From NCBI GenBank assembly GCA_050012755.1, contig JBEKGO010000006.1, positions 24,184 through 88,183 of the forward strand: a stretch of 64,000 bases of DNA. The letters run 5' to 3'. Position numbers and translations under genes: made by a program. A model generated the notes under the pieces. It was given only the letters and a program-made list of their open reading frames with translations. It had not been told where the DNA came from and did not search any database. This DNA is from Candidatus Bathyarchaeia archaeon (GTDB lineage Archaea; Thermoproteota; Bathyarchaeia; Bathyarchaeales; Bathycorpusculaceae). Numbering within the stretch: the first letter of the stretch is position 1; each line of letters begins with the position of its first letter. This document shows, one piece after another, positions 37,889-47,728 of this stretch.

Positions 37889-38026
37889 TTAAAGTGGGAA
37901 AGCAAACAGGAAACCTGTAACAACAATTATTATTAGACCGATTATGAGTAAAACTGCAATCAAAATTAAAAGTTGGGTTGGGCCGCGGGGATGACGATTT
38001 GCAAAGCTGTCAATAATGCCGACCAT
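37889..38026 (-). CDS. Putative 45-aa single-TM microprotein (absent from ORF track)
   Basis: Hand translation MVGIIDSFANRHPRGPTQLLILIAVLLIIGLIIIVVTGFLFAFPL; co-oriented with neighbours. Confidence 0.4.
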   Translation of the reverse strand: MVGIIDSFANRHPRGPTQLLILIAVLLIIGLIIIVVTGFLFAFPL

Positions 38027-38126
38027 AAAAAAATAAGTTTTCAGCCATATTCAACAATTTCGAGGCAGCCAAAGTCTAGAAAAACTTAGTTAAAGGTCAT
38101 GTTGGTTTGACTAATACTGATTATTC

Positions 38127-38624
38127 TCAAAGCCGTTTTGTCATGACGTATGCGTCTTCGCCGTCAGAGTAATATCCGTTTATTGTTCTTGTAATTTCAA
38201 AACCCAATTTCTTGTAAAGCGAAATTCCTGCATCGTTCGTCACCCTAACCTCTAAGAAGCATTGTTTCGCTTTGTAATATTGCATGCCTTCCAAAGCCTT
38301 GTTGATCACAGCTGTAGCAATGCCTTTACGCCTATATTGTGGCATAACAGCTATGGATACCACATGTCCCTTTCTTACCAAGCCACCGAAGCCATAATTC
38401 GATAAGCCAACTTCAATTCGGCACATTATGTAGCCTGCGATTTCCCCATTTTCTTCTGCTATAACAAAGGTTTCTGGAAAACGTTGGTGCAGGTCCATGA
38501 AGAAAAAGTCAGTGTAGTTTTCCGGTAAGCAAACACGGTTGATTTGCATTACTTTTTGTAAGTCATTTGGGACGAATTTGCGTAGCTTAAAGGTTTGTTG
38601 CATTCTGTTGCCTTCTTTATCCAC
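38127..38624 (-). CDS. ard1: N-terminal acetyltransferase Ard1/RimI-like (probable start MQQTF at 38603)
   Basis: LPENY, GHVVSIAV...RRKGIA, LEVRVTN and YYSDGEDAY motifs. Confidence 0.9.
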   Translation of the reverse strand: MDKEGNRMQQTFKLRKFVPNDLQKVMQINRVCLPENYTDFFFMDLHQRFPETFVIAEENGEIAGYIMCRIEVGLSNYGFGGLVRKGHVVSIAVMPQYRRKGIATAVINKALEGMQYYKAKQCFLEVRVTNDAGISLYKKLGFEITRTINGYYSDGEDAYVMTKRL

Positions 38625-38702
38625 ATTTCACTGTTCTAACTTAAAGTTTACGCTTTGAGCTTCAATTAGTTGCTTTACTGTCTTTACCGTGGTGCAGGTT
38701 GT

Positions 38703-39992
38703 TTAAGTATCGGCTTCTTCTGGCGCCTTGAACACTGGTAACGTGTAGCTACCATGCGGCATCGCCCACACTCTTGAAGCTGAACCAGCAATTCTTAATG
38801 CTTCAGTTAAAGCATCGTTTACTGCCCGAGCTGTTTTCAGTTTGAATATGCTTGTGGCATAGTAATCTGGCAGGGATGAGACAAGGATGATTTGGTGGTT
38901 TTGTAGAGCTTTTAGGAGATAATAGGCTTTGTGTCCACCCATTACAAAGTTGCGTTTTATTTCATGCTCAACATTCTTCAAATCGCCCAAACGCATCATC
39001 CAATCATAAAACACTTGATTCCCATGGCCCTCAGGGCATTCAGCAACAAGAATTATGACTCCTCCACGTTTAACCGCGTCTAAGGAGTTGTCTAGGGCTT
39101 TATAGGCTTGATAGAGATTTATGTCAGCTGGATAACCGCCTGCACTTACAACTAGGATGTCGGCTCGACGCTCCACTGTCACACGGAACATTTCGTCAAC
39201 AAGTCTTACGGCTTCAACAAAAGCCTGCTCTAAGTCCCCAGCGAAGGCTTTCACAATTTCACCCTTCTTGTTTTCTACAACGTTAACTATGAAGTCAACT
39301 CTGGCCAATCTTGCTGCTTCCATCATATCCTGATGCACAGGGTTATCAACCAAGTTGCCAGTGCGGGCGCTAGGATGTAGAAGCATTGAATGGTTATGCT
39401 TGATTGTTTCTTCGCCACTGACCGCAGGCAAAACGCTTTTTCGCCCACCGCCGTAACCAGCATAATAATGAAAGCCAACATCCCCCAAAAGCACCCTAAC
39501 ATCTGCCTCAGCAAACACAGGGTTAACAAACACTTTGTTGCCATACGTTTTGGTCGTACCGATGTTCACCAAATCTTGAGCTTTGCTCTGATGGCTAATA
39601 GCTTTTATCCGTTTAGCTACTTCTGCACCAAGAATTGCCATGGCTTCTTCAGGTTTGACTGACCGATGTGTTCCGCAGCCAAAAATAATTGTGATATTCT
39701 CATCTTTTACGCCTGCCAGATTTAACTCGGCGAGCACAGGCAAAAGCATCACTTCACTTGGCGCTTTGCGTGTGGCATCGTCAACGACTATGGCGATTTT
39801 GCTCTCGGCTTTGGCAATTTCGCTTAATCGCTTGGATCCGACTGGGATGGGGTTTTTTAGGGCTCTTTCAATTTCAGCTTTGCAGTCTGCAGCGCCTTGG
39901 TGGTCGGCGGGTTCTATTGTTCCAAGAAGGTTTCTGGCTGGAACTCGTACACATACGTCGGTTTTTCCATAGGGAAGCCAAACATCAACCAT
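38703..39992 (-). CDS. larA: LarA-superfamily nickel-pincer racemase/epimerase
   Basis: DDATR, GTHR, HYYAGYGGGRKS..P, NH, NP and NLYQAYK motifs. Confidence 0.88.
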   Translation of the reverse strand: MVDVWLPYGKTDVCVRVPARNLLGTIEPADHQGAADCKAEIERALKNPIPVGSKRLSEIAKAESKIAIVVDDATRKAPSEVMLLPVLAELNLAGVKDENITIIFGCGTHRSVKPEEAMAILGAEVAKRIKAISHQSKAQDLVNIGTTKTYGNKVFVNPVFAEADVRVLLGDVGFHYYAGYGGGRKSVLPAVSGEETIKHNHSMLLHPSARTGNLVDNPVHQDMMEAARLARVDFIVNVVENKKGEIVKAFAGDLEQAFVEAVRLVDEMFRVTVERRADILVVSAGGYPADINLYQAYKALDNSLDAVKRGGVIILVAECPEGHGNQVFYDWMMRLGDLKNVEHEIKRNFVMGGHKAYYLLKALQNHQIILVSSLPDYYATSIFKLKTARAVNDALTEALRIAGSASRVWAMPHGSYTLPVFKAPEEADT

Positions 39993-40127
39993 GACCGGTC
40001 ACATTATAATTTAAATGTACACGACGTAAGAAACTATTAAGCCTTATCAAAAATAAAGCATGAAATTGAAGCCGTAGGGAAGAGAGTCTACTACTTAAGA
40101 CATAACAGATCAAAAAGAGAGATAAGA

Positions 40128-40994
40128 TTAAGCTACTTTTGGCTTAGCCTTGTCGACTGCACCGCTTAGGGTTGTCATTTGCATGTTTGCCTTGCGGATT
40201 AGGTCACCAATTGTTTCTTTGGTGGGTATTGCAGCGCCGACAGCTAATGCAAGAGCTTTTTGATGTGCATTCTGCAATAGTGGTTTGATTGTTTCTTTGG
40301 TTGTGTAAGAGATTCCCATTGCCAAAGCAAAAGCTTCTTGGTTGCTTTGTTCAACACTTTTTCTTGTTGCGTCAACGTCAACTTTGAGTTGATCACCGGT
40401 AATCATTAAGCCATTATCAAAAACCGCCCGCATCGAAATGCCGAGTTCCACCGCTTTAATGCCTAGCTTTGAGAGGACACCTGCAAGTTGCTCGCTAATT
40501 ACGTCTCCTCTGCGAGCGACAAGAGTATCTTTGCTGACCCAAACGCTGCCTGATTCGATTCTTGTTGGCAAGCCGACGCCGTTTAGTTGGCTGATAATTG
40601 GGCCTGGAGGTTGGCCTGTGTTGCCTGCTGGAACAATTACATCCATGGCTGCAACGTCGCCTGACTTGGCGGTTGTCTTCACTTTGCCTCTTTCTAGCAA
40701 TAATGCTAGTTTGAAGGGGTTTAAGTCTGTGAACAAGTAAACGTTTGAGCCATCCAAGTATACTTCAAGTTTCTTTAAGTCTGCTTGATTCATTTCTTCA
40801 ATAGCTATTCGCATCAAAGTGTTCTTTAGAACGCGGAGGTAAACTTTTCCAGCCATGCTTTTCTTTAGTTCTTGAAGTTGGGAAGCACGTACCTTCTTTA
40901 AGCTTGCGATTCCTATCGATTTATGTTCTTTCAGTATGTCCTTTATTGCTTCTACTTGGGTTGATTTTTCCTCTAATACCTGTTGGGACGGCAT
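40128..40994 (-). CDS. rpl10: 50S ribosomal protein uL10 (P0), without acidic C-terminal tail
   Basis: KNTL, NPFKL and PAGNTG.PPGP motifs; position in the r-protein operon. Confidence 0.95.
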   Translation of the reverse strand: MPSQQVLEEKSTQVEAIKDILKEHKSIGIASLKKVRASQLQELKKSMAGKVYLRVLKNTLMRIAIEEMNQADLKKLEVYLDGSNVYLFTDLNPFKLALLLERGKVKTTAKSGDVAAMDVIVPAGNTGQPPGPIISQLNGVGLPTRIESGSVWVSKDTLVARRGDVISEQLAGVLSKLGIKAVELGISMRAVFDNGLMITGDQLKVDVDATRKSVEQSNQEAFALAMGISYTTKETIKPLLQNAHQKALALAVGAAIPTKETIGDLIRKANMQMTTLSGAVDKAKPKVA

Positions 40995-41010
40995 AATTTT
41001 TCTTCTCTTA

Positions 41011-41679
41011 TTAAGGTTTAATTTTTACTGGCTCACCCATAGCTGTCTTGAAGAAAGCGTACTTTACGTTTTTCAGGCCACGTTTGAGTTTTCCATCTAA
41101 AACACGAAGAACAGCCATTGTGTTATCGACAAGCTCTTCATCCTTCATCTGCTGCGTGCCAACGGAAACCTGAATAATCGGTTGATTACGCATTCTCACA
41201 ACCACCGTTTTACGGTACTTTTTAATGAGGGCAGCGATATCCGCGTTAGGTGCGACAGGAATAGGCATTTTTCCTCTTGGACCCAAAACTGGACCAAGAA
41301 TCCTACCGACAAGCGGCATTAACGGAGCTTCAGAAATAAAAACATCATACTGAGTGGCAAGCTTACGCAATTCTTTCTTTTTGCCATTTAATGCGTCTAA
41401 ATCAGCACGTTCAATAACATATTCAGCCTGCGCGTTTTTTGCCTTCATAGCAAATTCTCCAGAGGCAATAACACAAACCTTGTTTGGCTTTCCAGTGTCA
41501 TGAGGAAGCTCAACAACCTCTTGGATTTTACCTTCTGGCGACTTCATATCGATCTCCATGATATCTAAGATCATATCTATTGTCTGGTTGAATTTCTTGT
41601 CGCCAGACTTCGCCTTTGCCTGTTTGATTGCTTCTAATACTGTCTTGTTGTCTAGGGGCATTTTTAAGCCTCGTGCCAA
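41011..41679 (-). CDS. rpl1: 50S ribosomal protein uL1
   Basis: KFNQTID, LPH, LGPVLGPRGKMP and KTAMG motifs. Confidence 0.96.
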   Translation of the reverse strand: MARGLKMPLDNKTVLEAIKQAKAKSGDKKFNQTIDMILDIMEIDMKSPEGKIQEVVELPHDTGKPNKVCVIASGEFAMKAKNAQAEYVIERADLDALNGKKKELRKLATQYDVFISEAPLMPLVGRILGPVLGPRGKMPIPVAPNADIAALIKKYRKTVVVRMRNQPIIQVSVGTQQMKDEELVDNTMAVLRVLDGKLKRGLKNVKYAFFKTAMGEPVKIKP

Positions 41680-41719
41680 TGAGGGATTGGAAATCGATTA
41701 TAAAAATATTCGCTTATCA

Positions 41720-42208
41720 TTATTCAGTACCAAATAGCGACTCGTAGGTGCCAGCATCAATTTCTTTTTGGACTTCACGGGGGTCTTTTCCTTCAACGGT
41801 GACGCCTAAGCTAACACAGGTTCCAAGCATTTCTTTTGTTGCTTTCTTAAGGGTTGGCGATAAAAGCTGAGGACCCTTAATTTTGGCTATTCTCACCATC
41901 TGTTCCATGGATAAATTGCCTACTTTAACAGTGTTAGGTGTTCCCGAGCCCTTCTCAATCTTCAATTCAGCAACAATTAAAGCTGAAGCTGTTGGAGTCC
42001 CTACGGTAACTTCGAAGCTTTTATCCTCTGTATCGGCGGTGATTTTCACTGGAACTTTCATCCCGGCGTAGTCTTTGGTAAGCTCGTTAATTTTGGTGAC
42101 GACAGCCATAACGTTTAGACCTAATGGACCTAAAGCGGGACCTAATGGTGGACCTGCATTGGCTTGTCCTCCATTTACGAGCAATTCTACAACTTTTTTC
42201 TCTCCCAT
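41720..42208 (-). CDS. rpl11: 50S ribosomal protein uL11
   Basis: [16 protein letters not shown] and GTCVSLG motifs. Confidence 0.97.
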   Translation of the reverse strand: MGEKKVVELLVNGGQANAGPPLGPALGPLGLNVMAVVTKINELTKDYAGMKVPVKITADTEDKSFEVTVGTPTASALIVAELKIEKGSGTPNTVKVGNLSMEQMVRIAKIKGPQLLSPTLKKATKEMLGTCVSLGVTVEGKDPREVQKEIDAGTYESLFGTE

Positions 42209-42221
42209 ATCATTTCACCAA

Positions 42222-42692
42222 TTATTTTGCTTTCTCTACTAGTTTTACGTAATCTGAATGTACTGTGATTGGCAAAGTGAATGTTGCCTCAAGTAGTTCG
42301 AGGGTAACTTCGCCTTTTGATTTGTCAAGTCTTGTGATTTTTGCACGCATACCTTTGAATGGCCCACCAGTAATTTCGACTACGTCATCTTCGTTGAGGT
42401 CTTCCATGACGGGTTTTCGGACAATGTACCGTTCTATTTCGGCAAAGCTTACGAGCCCAGGTATTCTGGATCGCACATGCCTTAAGCCCGTTATTGCTTC
42501 TTCCACAAGATGTGGTCCATCAGCTTCAACAAACACATAGCCTTTCAATGTGTCGGGTACAAGAAGAGCTTTTAGTGGAATTTGGTTCATTTCAACTTTT
42601 GAGGCAATCAATCTTGCAACGTTGCGTTCTTGCCCAGTTGTGGTTTTGACAACGAAAATCTTTACTTGTCTTTGCTCTTCTTTCTTGTCCAT
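42222..42692 (-). CDS. spt5: Transcription elongation factor Spt5
   Basis: TTTGQE, KGYVFVE and the KOW motif VEITGGPFKG. Confidence 0.97.
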   Translation of the reverse strand: MDKKEEQRQVKIFVVKTTTGQERNVARLIASKVEMNQIPLKALLVPDTLKGYVFVEADGPHLVEEAITGLRHVRSRIPGLVSFAEIERYIVRKPVMEDLNEDDVVEITGGPFKGMRAKITRLDKSKGEVTLELLEATFTLPITVHSDYVKLVEKAK

Positions 42693-42706
42693 AAATAATT
42701 TTCCTT

Positions 42707-42907
42707 CTAAGGTGTTGGTGTTGGTGTTGCCGTTGATGCCGCGCCGCCTACAGCATAGGATAAAAGTTTAATAACGAAACCAATTAAACCAACTGCGCCT
42801 ATGCCTAAAAGGCTAATTTTTATTGATAGCCACAGCTCCTCTCTTCCAGGTTTAACAGCTAACTTCAAAGTTCTTGCTGCTTGTTGTAACCAAGATTTTA
42901 TTCCCAT
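42707..42907 (-). CDS. secE: Protein translocase SecE/Sec61-gamma
   Basis: RTLKLAVKP.REE followed by a TM helix; conserved position upstream of spt5. Confidence 0.93.
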   Translation of the reverse strand: MGIKSWLQQAARTLKLAVKPGREELWLSIKISLLGIGAVGLIGFVIKLLSYAVGGAASTATPTPTP

Positions 42908-43008
42908 ACTTATCGCACACTCAAGATTTCATTTATGAATAATAAACATTACTGTAACTTAGGGTTTAAAAGCAACCATAATTAACCTTTTGAAGCTTGT
43001 TTAACCCA

Positions 43009-43854
43009 TTAAACTTTTTTGAACGGCAACCCTATATCCTGCAGAGCAGACAAAAGTTTTGGTTTGTCTTCGCTTCTGATTCCTTTCCAATCAAGAATGG
43101 CCAGCGAAACCTTCTCAAGAGTCATCGTTCTGCATTGCAATAACATTTCTGAATCAATCTTGCAAACGGCGTATTTGGGTATCATGTGACCGAAAAGAGC
43201 TTCTCCGACTAAAGCCATGCACGTAAATTTCTGATTATAATGCGTTCCACCGATGCCTAGGACCGCCGAGCAAGAGTTGGAAGGCTTTGAAAAACTAGTT
43301 ATTGCCTGCATCGTCGAGTGGGCAACAACTTCTGCAGCCTTAGAATCTCTCCACTGCTTCTCTGAGCTGCCTAACTCAACAAACATCGCGGGCACATTTA
43401 AGCTTGGACCATGATGAGTGACCTCATATGATACCTCATAATCAAGGCTCAACTCCTCTTTGTAGTGTAGAAGCGCTTTTAGGGCGTCGCTCATTGCTTT
43501 TGCAGGAGAAATTGAGAGAGTTTTTGGCAAGCCTCCCAGCCCAGCTTCCTCAAAGTTTCCAGGTGTGTGAACAGACAATGTTGGTTTGCCACTTGCACTG
43601 CTATGCCTTGAGACAAAGACAACTATTTCTGAATCGGGAAAACATTCAGGCAGATTTTGTGCATTAACAGACTCCTGGTTTAAAGTTACAAACATGATGA
43701 CTTTGCCGTTTAAATTCGCATCGTAGATGGAGTTTTTTTGGAAGGTTTTAGAAGTCTTCTTAAAGGGATATTGTTTCAGGATTTGCTTTTTGATGTTTAG
43801 GCTTGCAATGTCTTTTTTTGAGGCTACTAGGAGAATCATGCTGGTCATTCTCAT
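43009..43854 (-). CDS. dtdA: D-aminoacyl-tRNA deacylase (archaeal DTD2)
   Basis: SRHSS, LSVHTPGN, EVTHHGP, FVELGS, GGTHY and GHMIPKY motifs. Confidence 0.93.
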   Translation of the reverse strand: MRMTSMILLVASKKDIASLNIKKQILKQYPFKKTSKTFQKNSIYDANLNGKVIMFVTLNQESVNAQNLPECFPDSEIVVFVSRHSSASGKPTLSVHTPGNFEEAGLGGLPKTLSISPAKAMSDALKALLHYKEELSLDYEVSYEVTHHGPSLNVPAMFVELGSSEKQWRDSKAAEVVAHSTMQAITSFSKPSNSCSAVLGIGGTHYNQKFTCMALVGEALFGHMIPKYAVCKIDSEMLLQCRTMTLEKVSLAILDWKGIRSEDKPKLLSALQDIGLPFKKV

Positions 43855-43933
43855 TATGTATGATTTGAGTGAAAAGGGTTTCCATAAAGCTTATAATTGC
43901 TGGCTCGTCAGCGTATCTGGAAGGAAAAGATAA

Positions 43934-44842
43934 ATGCATCTGATTAATTTCAAAGGACTATCCAGCCAAGAGCTTAATAAAATGGTTGATTTAGGCGTCG
44001 AAGTCAAGCACGACCCTAAAAAATATAGTAAAGCGTTTGAGGGCAAATCATCTGCTTTGATTTTCCAGAAAACTTCTACTCGGACAAGGGTCGCTTTTGA
44101 AGTTGCAGCTACCCAGCTTGGGGGTCACGCCTTATTTATTGATTGGAGAACAACTAATTTCACATTAGCAGATATCTCGGATGAGATTCGTTATTTATCC
44201 CGTAATGTTGACTGCATTATGGCTCGGCTGCTATGTGACACGGACCTTTTGAAGATGGCTAATGCGTCCCGCATTCCAGTAATTAACGGTTGTGATGAGA
44301 AGTATCACCCAAGCCAAGCATTAGCCGACTTAATTACAATAAAAGAGAAAAAGGGCGCGCTTAAAGGCGCCAAATTGGTTTACATTGGCGTTCATAACAA
44401 TGTTTGTAATTCACTGATTGAGGGCTGCACCAAAACTGGAGTCAAATTAACAACCGTTGCCCCGATTTTCAATGAAGCAGCACGTGATGACGAGCTGTTG
44501 GCTGAAGCAAAAAAAAGTGGGCTTTGGCAGTCAACCCTAGATGCAAAGAGTGCCGTGAAAGATGCCGATTTTGTTTACACGGACACATGGATTGACATGG
44601 AATCCTTCACTGACTCTAAATTTGCAGCGGAGAAGGAGAAGCGGATTAAACTTATGATGCCCTACCAAATCAACGCTGAATTGCTCAGGGGAAGTGGCGC
44701 CTACATTATGCACGATATGCCGATTCATCGCGGATACGAAATAAGCGCAGAAGCCATCGAAAGCCCGAAATCTGTGATTTATGAACAGGCGGAAAACAGG
44801 CTTTACGCAGCTAAATCAATAATGCTAAAACTGTTGAAATAA
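43934..44842 (+). CDS. argF: Ornithine carbamoyltransferase-like enzyme with variant motifs
   Basis: STRTR, HPSQ, NNV and QAENR motifs; HDMP in place of HCLP. Confidence 0.8.
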   Translation: MHLINFKGLSSQELNKMVDLGVEVKHDPKKYSKAFEGKSSALIFQKTSTRTRVAFEVAATQLGGHALFIDWRTTNFTLADISDEIRYLSRNVDCIMARLLCDTDLLKMANASRIPVINGCDEKYHPSQALADLITIKEKKGALKGAKLVYIGVHNNVCNSLIEGCTKTGVKLTTVAPIFNEAARDDELLAEAKKSGLWQSTLDAKSAVKDADFVYTDTWIDMESFTDSKFAAEKEKRIKLMMPYQINAELLRGSGAYIMHDMPIHRGYEISAEAIESPKSVIYEQAENRLYAAKSIMLKLLK

Positions 44843-45378
44843 TGCCTCGCTATGTAGCTTTCCTTAGGGGAATCAACGTCGGCGGGCATGTTGTTAAGAA
44901 AGGGAAGTTGCAAGAAACATTCCATTCTCAGGGCTTCCGAAACGTCTTAACTTACAAACAGAGTGGCAATGTAATTTTTGAAGCATGTTCTGGAAGTGCT
45001 GAAGAAATTAAGAAGAAAATAGAGATTAAACTTTCACACACCCTTGGCTACAATGTGGCCATTTTTATCCGTACAATCGCTCAGCTCAAGGACATAGTAG
45101 CCAGCGAACCCTTCAAAAAACAAAACAAAGAAGGCACAAGCTTTCTAGTCACCTTTCTTGCAGATGCTCCAGCAAAATTCACAATTGAACTGCCTACAAC
45201 GATTCCAAAATCAACGGCTCAGATAATCTCTGAGAAAGGCACGGAAGTTTTCAGTGTAACTCATGGCGGCGGCGAAGGCGCTTTGCCTAACCCGTTTATA
45301 GAGTCAAAGCTGAAGGCAAAAGCAACTACTCGAAACTTGAATGTAATTCGAGAAATCGTTGAAAAATATGGCAGTTAG
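44842..45378 (+). CDS. DUF1697 protein
   Basis: YVAFLRGINVGG, TYKQSGNVIF and TTRN motifs. Confidence 0.92.
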   Translation: MPRYVAFLRGINVGGHVVKKGKLQETFHSQGFRNVLTYKQSGNVIFEACSGSAEEIKKKIEIKLSHTLGYNVAIFIRTIAQLKDIVASEPFKKQNKEGTSFLVTFLADAPAKFTIELPTTIPKSTAQIISEKGTEVFSVTHGGGEGALPNPFIESKLKAKATTRNLNVIREIVEKYGS

Positions 45379-45803
45379 ACTTTTCTTTGGTAGCCGCAGG
45401 CTAAACATTTTGAATCATGCACACAAACTACGTCTCCACAGTCTGGGCAAGTGTATTTTTCCGCTTGGCTCTTGAGGAATTCAGCCATACCCTTGGCTTT
45501 TATTAGTTTCAGGTTTTCTATCATGCTCATGCCATAGCGTTCCCGATAGCGTTTGTCAAGATGAGCAAGTTTTTCACAGGGCATAGTATCGCATCCGCTA
45601 CAGGATTGGAGTTGATGTTTCGAGAGTTTTTTGCAGCCTCGTTTAATATAACAGTTTTTTGCTCTAGGGAGACAGCCTGCACAGTAATTTACTTTACCTC
45701 TTACTCGCGGTATCCCACGCGTATAAGCGATGTAGGCTCTGCAGAGTGCACAGTTCATCCCACAAGGTGAAACAAGCTCAGAAGTAAATTTGCCGTTTGT
45801 CAT
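45375..45803 (-). CDS. DUF3795 Cys-rich protein
   Basis: PCGMNCALC, CAGC, CSGC...PC and CPDCG motifs. Confidence 0.88.
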   Translation of the reverse strand: MTNGKFTSELVSPCGMNCALCRAYIAYTRGIPRVRGKVNYCAGCLPRAKNCYIKRGCKKLSKHQLQSCSGCDTMPCEKLAHLDKRYRERYGMSMIENLKLIKAKGMAEFLKSQAEKYTCPDCGDVVCVHDSKCLACGYQRKV

Positions 45804-46435
45804 TAAATTCTTGTTGTGGGTAACCGCTTAATTATTTTGCGCCTTTGAAAAAATCGCGAAAGCCACCTCGATTTTAAACATGCCAAATTCCCTTTTTGTT
45901 CCTTTCGTTCTGCATAGGTTACTTTGAAGAACAAAAAATCATGTCAACGCATATTTCCTATTGAAAGAGAATTTATAGCAAAATAGAAAGGTGATGGCAC
46001 TTCTGCTTGGAAGCGCCATGATTGAGGGTTAAACGCTTGTTTTTCGAGAGGTTATAAAGCGTATTTGCAAACCCTCAACCGTTTGATTGTTAACATAGAC
46101 AGCATAAAAGATTTTTCCCAAATTCAAACCCACTACTAATTTGCTACTCCCGTACACAACGATGTTACTAAGGTGATTTCGTGTCTAAAAAAACAAGTTC
46201 GAAATCCTAGTAAAGCCGGGGATAGAAAATATCAATTATCTTCTATATACAAAGTAATCAATGGACCTTTTTTATACAATGCTCGCCCATTCATGTTGAA
46301 TGTTTACATTTAAGTGTCTAAATTTGGAGGAAAGGAGTTTATAGTTGCTACATCATCCTCACACAGCCTTTTATTCTTTTTTAACGTCAAAAATATTGTT
46401 CAACATTATAGGTGATTAAATTTCAGAAATGCACT

Positions 46436-46562
46436 TTGATTGCTGACTGCCCAAACTGTGGAAAGAAAAATGACAAGCCAGATAAGATAATAGAAAACTC
46501 TCTTCTGCATTGTTGTTTACACATGCAGTGGATGCGGCAACAATTTTAAAGTGTGCAGCTAA
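46436..46562 (+). pseudogene. Frameshifted small zinc-ribbon gene
   Basis: MIADCPNCGKKNDKPDKIIENS continues after a frame change in a TC run (~46500) as FCIVVYTCSGCGNNFKVCS-stop. Confidence 0.6.
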
Positions 46563-47239
46563 GCTTTTACGCGTTAACCATTATGCACTCACCAATCAGG
46601 GATGCAGTTTTGGTCTCGATTCTATCTCGCGATTATAGTTTTTGTATTCGGTTTGTTGTAGATATTTTGTTCATTTTTTTGATTTTCCTTTTTTTAGTTT
46701 AAGACGACCAAGTGTTAAATTGGTAGTCTTAGCCAAATTTTCTAATTCAGTCACGTTACAAGCCTTCGATTGCAACTGCTTTTGAAAAAAATTATTAGCT
46801 TGTAGAGGCTTATCGCTTAATTAAAATGCGATATTTTAGATAATTTGCAGAGTCGTGGACCAATCTAAACTTCTAGCTAACATGAATGGTCAAATTACCT
46901 TATCAACAAAAATTTTTTTATTCGTAGAAATTAGTTTTTAGAAAGTTTGCTGAGGCTCTGGACAAACTTAAGGAAGAAAAGAAAAATGCAATTCTCACGA
47001 CCTACACGAAATTTGATCATGATTCAACCAGAGCCTTCTCAGCCTTTCCTATCTTCCTTTTTTCTACACTCATTCGCCATCCAGACTTGATATAAATCTT
47101 TAGTAAATTGTCGATTTTTGTCAATTAAAATTAATTATGAAAATTCTTTTAGCTAATATAATTGCATTTTTGCAGAATTTTTGCTATTAAGTTTTTTTGT
47201 TCAGGAGCCTTTATTTTACTGGACAACACAGTATCCTAA

Positions 47240-47725
47240 TTGGGGCAAATGGAAACGGCTGTCGAAATCGATGAAATAGACAGAAAAATTCTATTCGCAC
47301 TTATCCAAGATGCTCGCAGTAGTTTAAAAAATATCGCTGAAAAGTGTGATATATCTTCAGTCTCTGTGCTAAAACGAATTAAACACTTGAAAGACCTTGG
47401 TGTTATTACAGGAGCAACACTTTTTACTTCACTAGATAAAATTGGATTTCACGCAGTTGCAACTATTGGAATGGAAACAGACTCAAATCCAGAAGAGATT
47501 ACTGAATTCCTTGAAGAACACACGCACTTGATTGAACCTTCAACAATGATTGGCGAATACGATTTTTGTGCTCTCGTGTATGCAGAAGATATTACTAGTT
47601 TGAATCTAAAAATAAATGCTATTAGAAAAAAGTTTGGAATAGAAAAGATAGCCGTCAACATATGGTCTGGTATACCACAAATGAATTTTGAAAATATTGA
47701 TTTGAATCCAATTAAAAAGCGATGA
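47240..47725 (+). CDS. Lrp/AsnC family regulator
   Basis: IDEIDRKIL..L..DAR HTH and GEYD in the RAM domain. Confidence 0.9.
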   Translation: MGQMETAVEIDEIDRKILFALIQDARSSLKNIAEKCDISSVSVLKRIKHLKDLGVITGATLFTSLDKIGFHAVATIGMETDSNPEEITEFLEEHTHLIEPSTMIGEYDFCALVYAEDITSLNLKINAIRKKFGIEKIAVNIWSGIPQMNFENIDLNPIKKR

Positions 47726-47728
47726 ATT

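Noticed and set aside
47017-47080. Short minus-strand peptides divergent from the Lrp pair
   Set aside because: Only 13-18 codons with no recognisable features; cannot be distinguished from chance.
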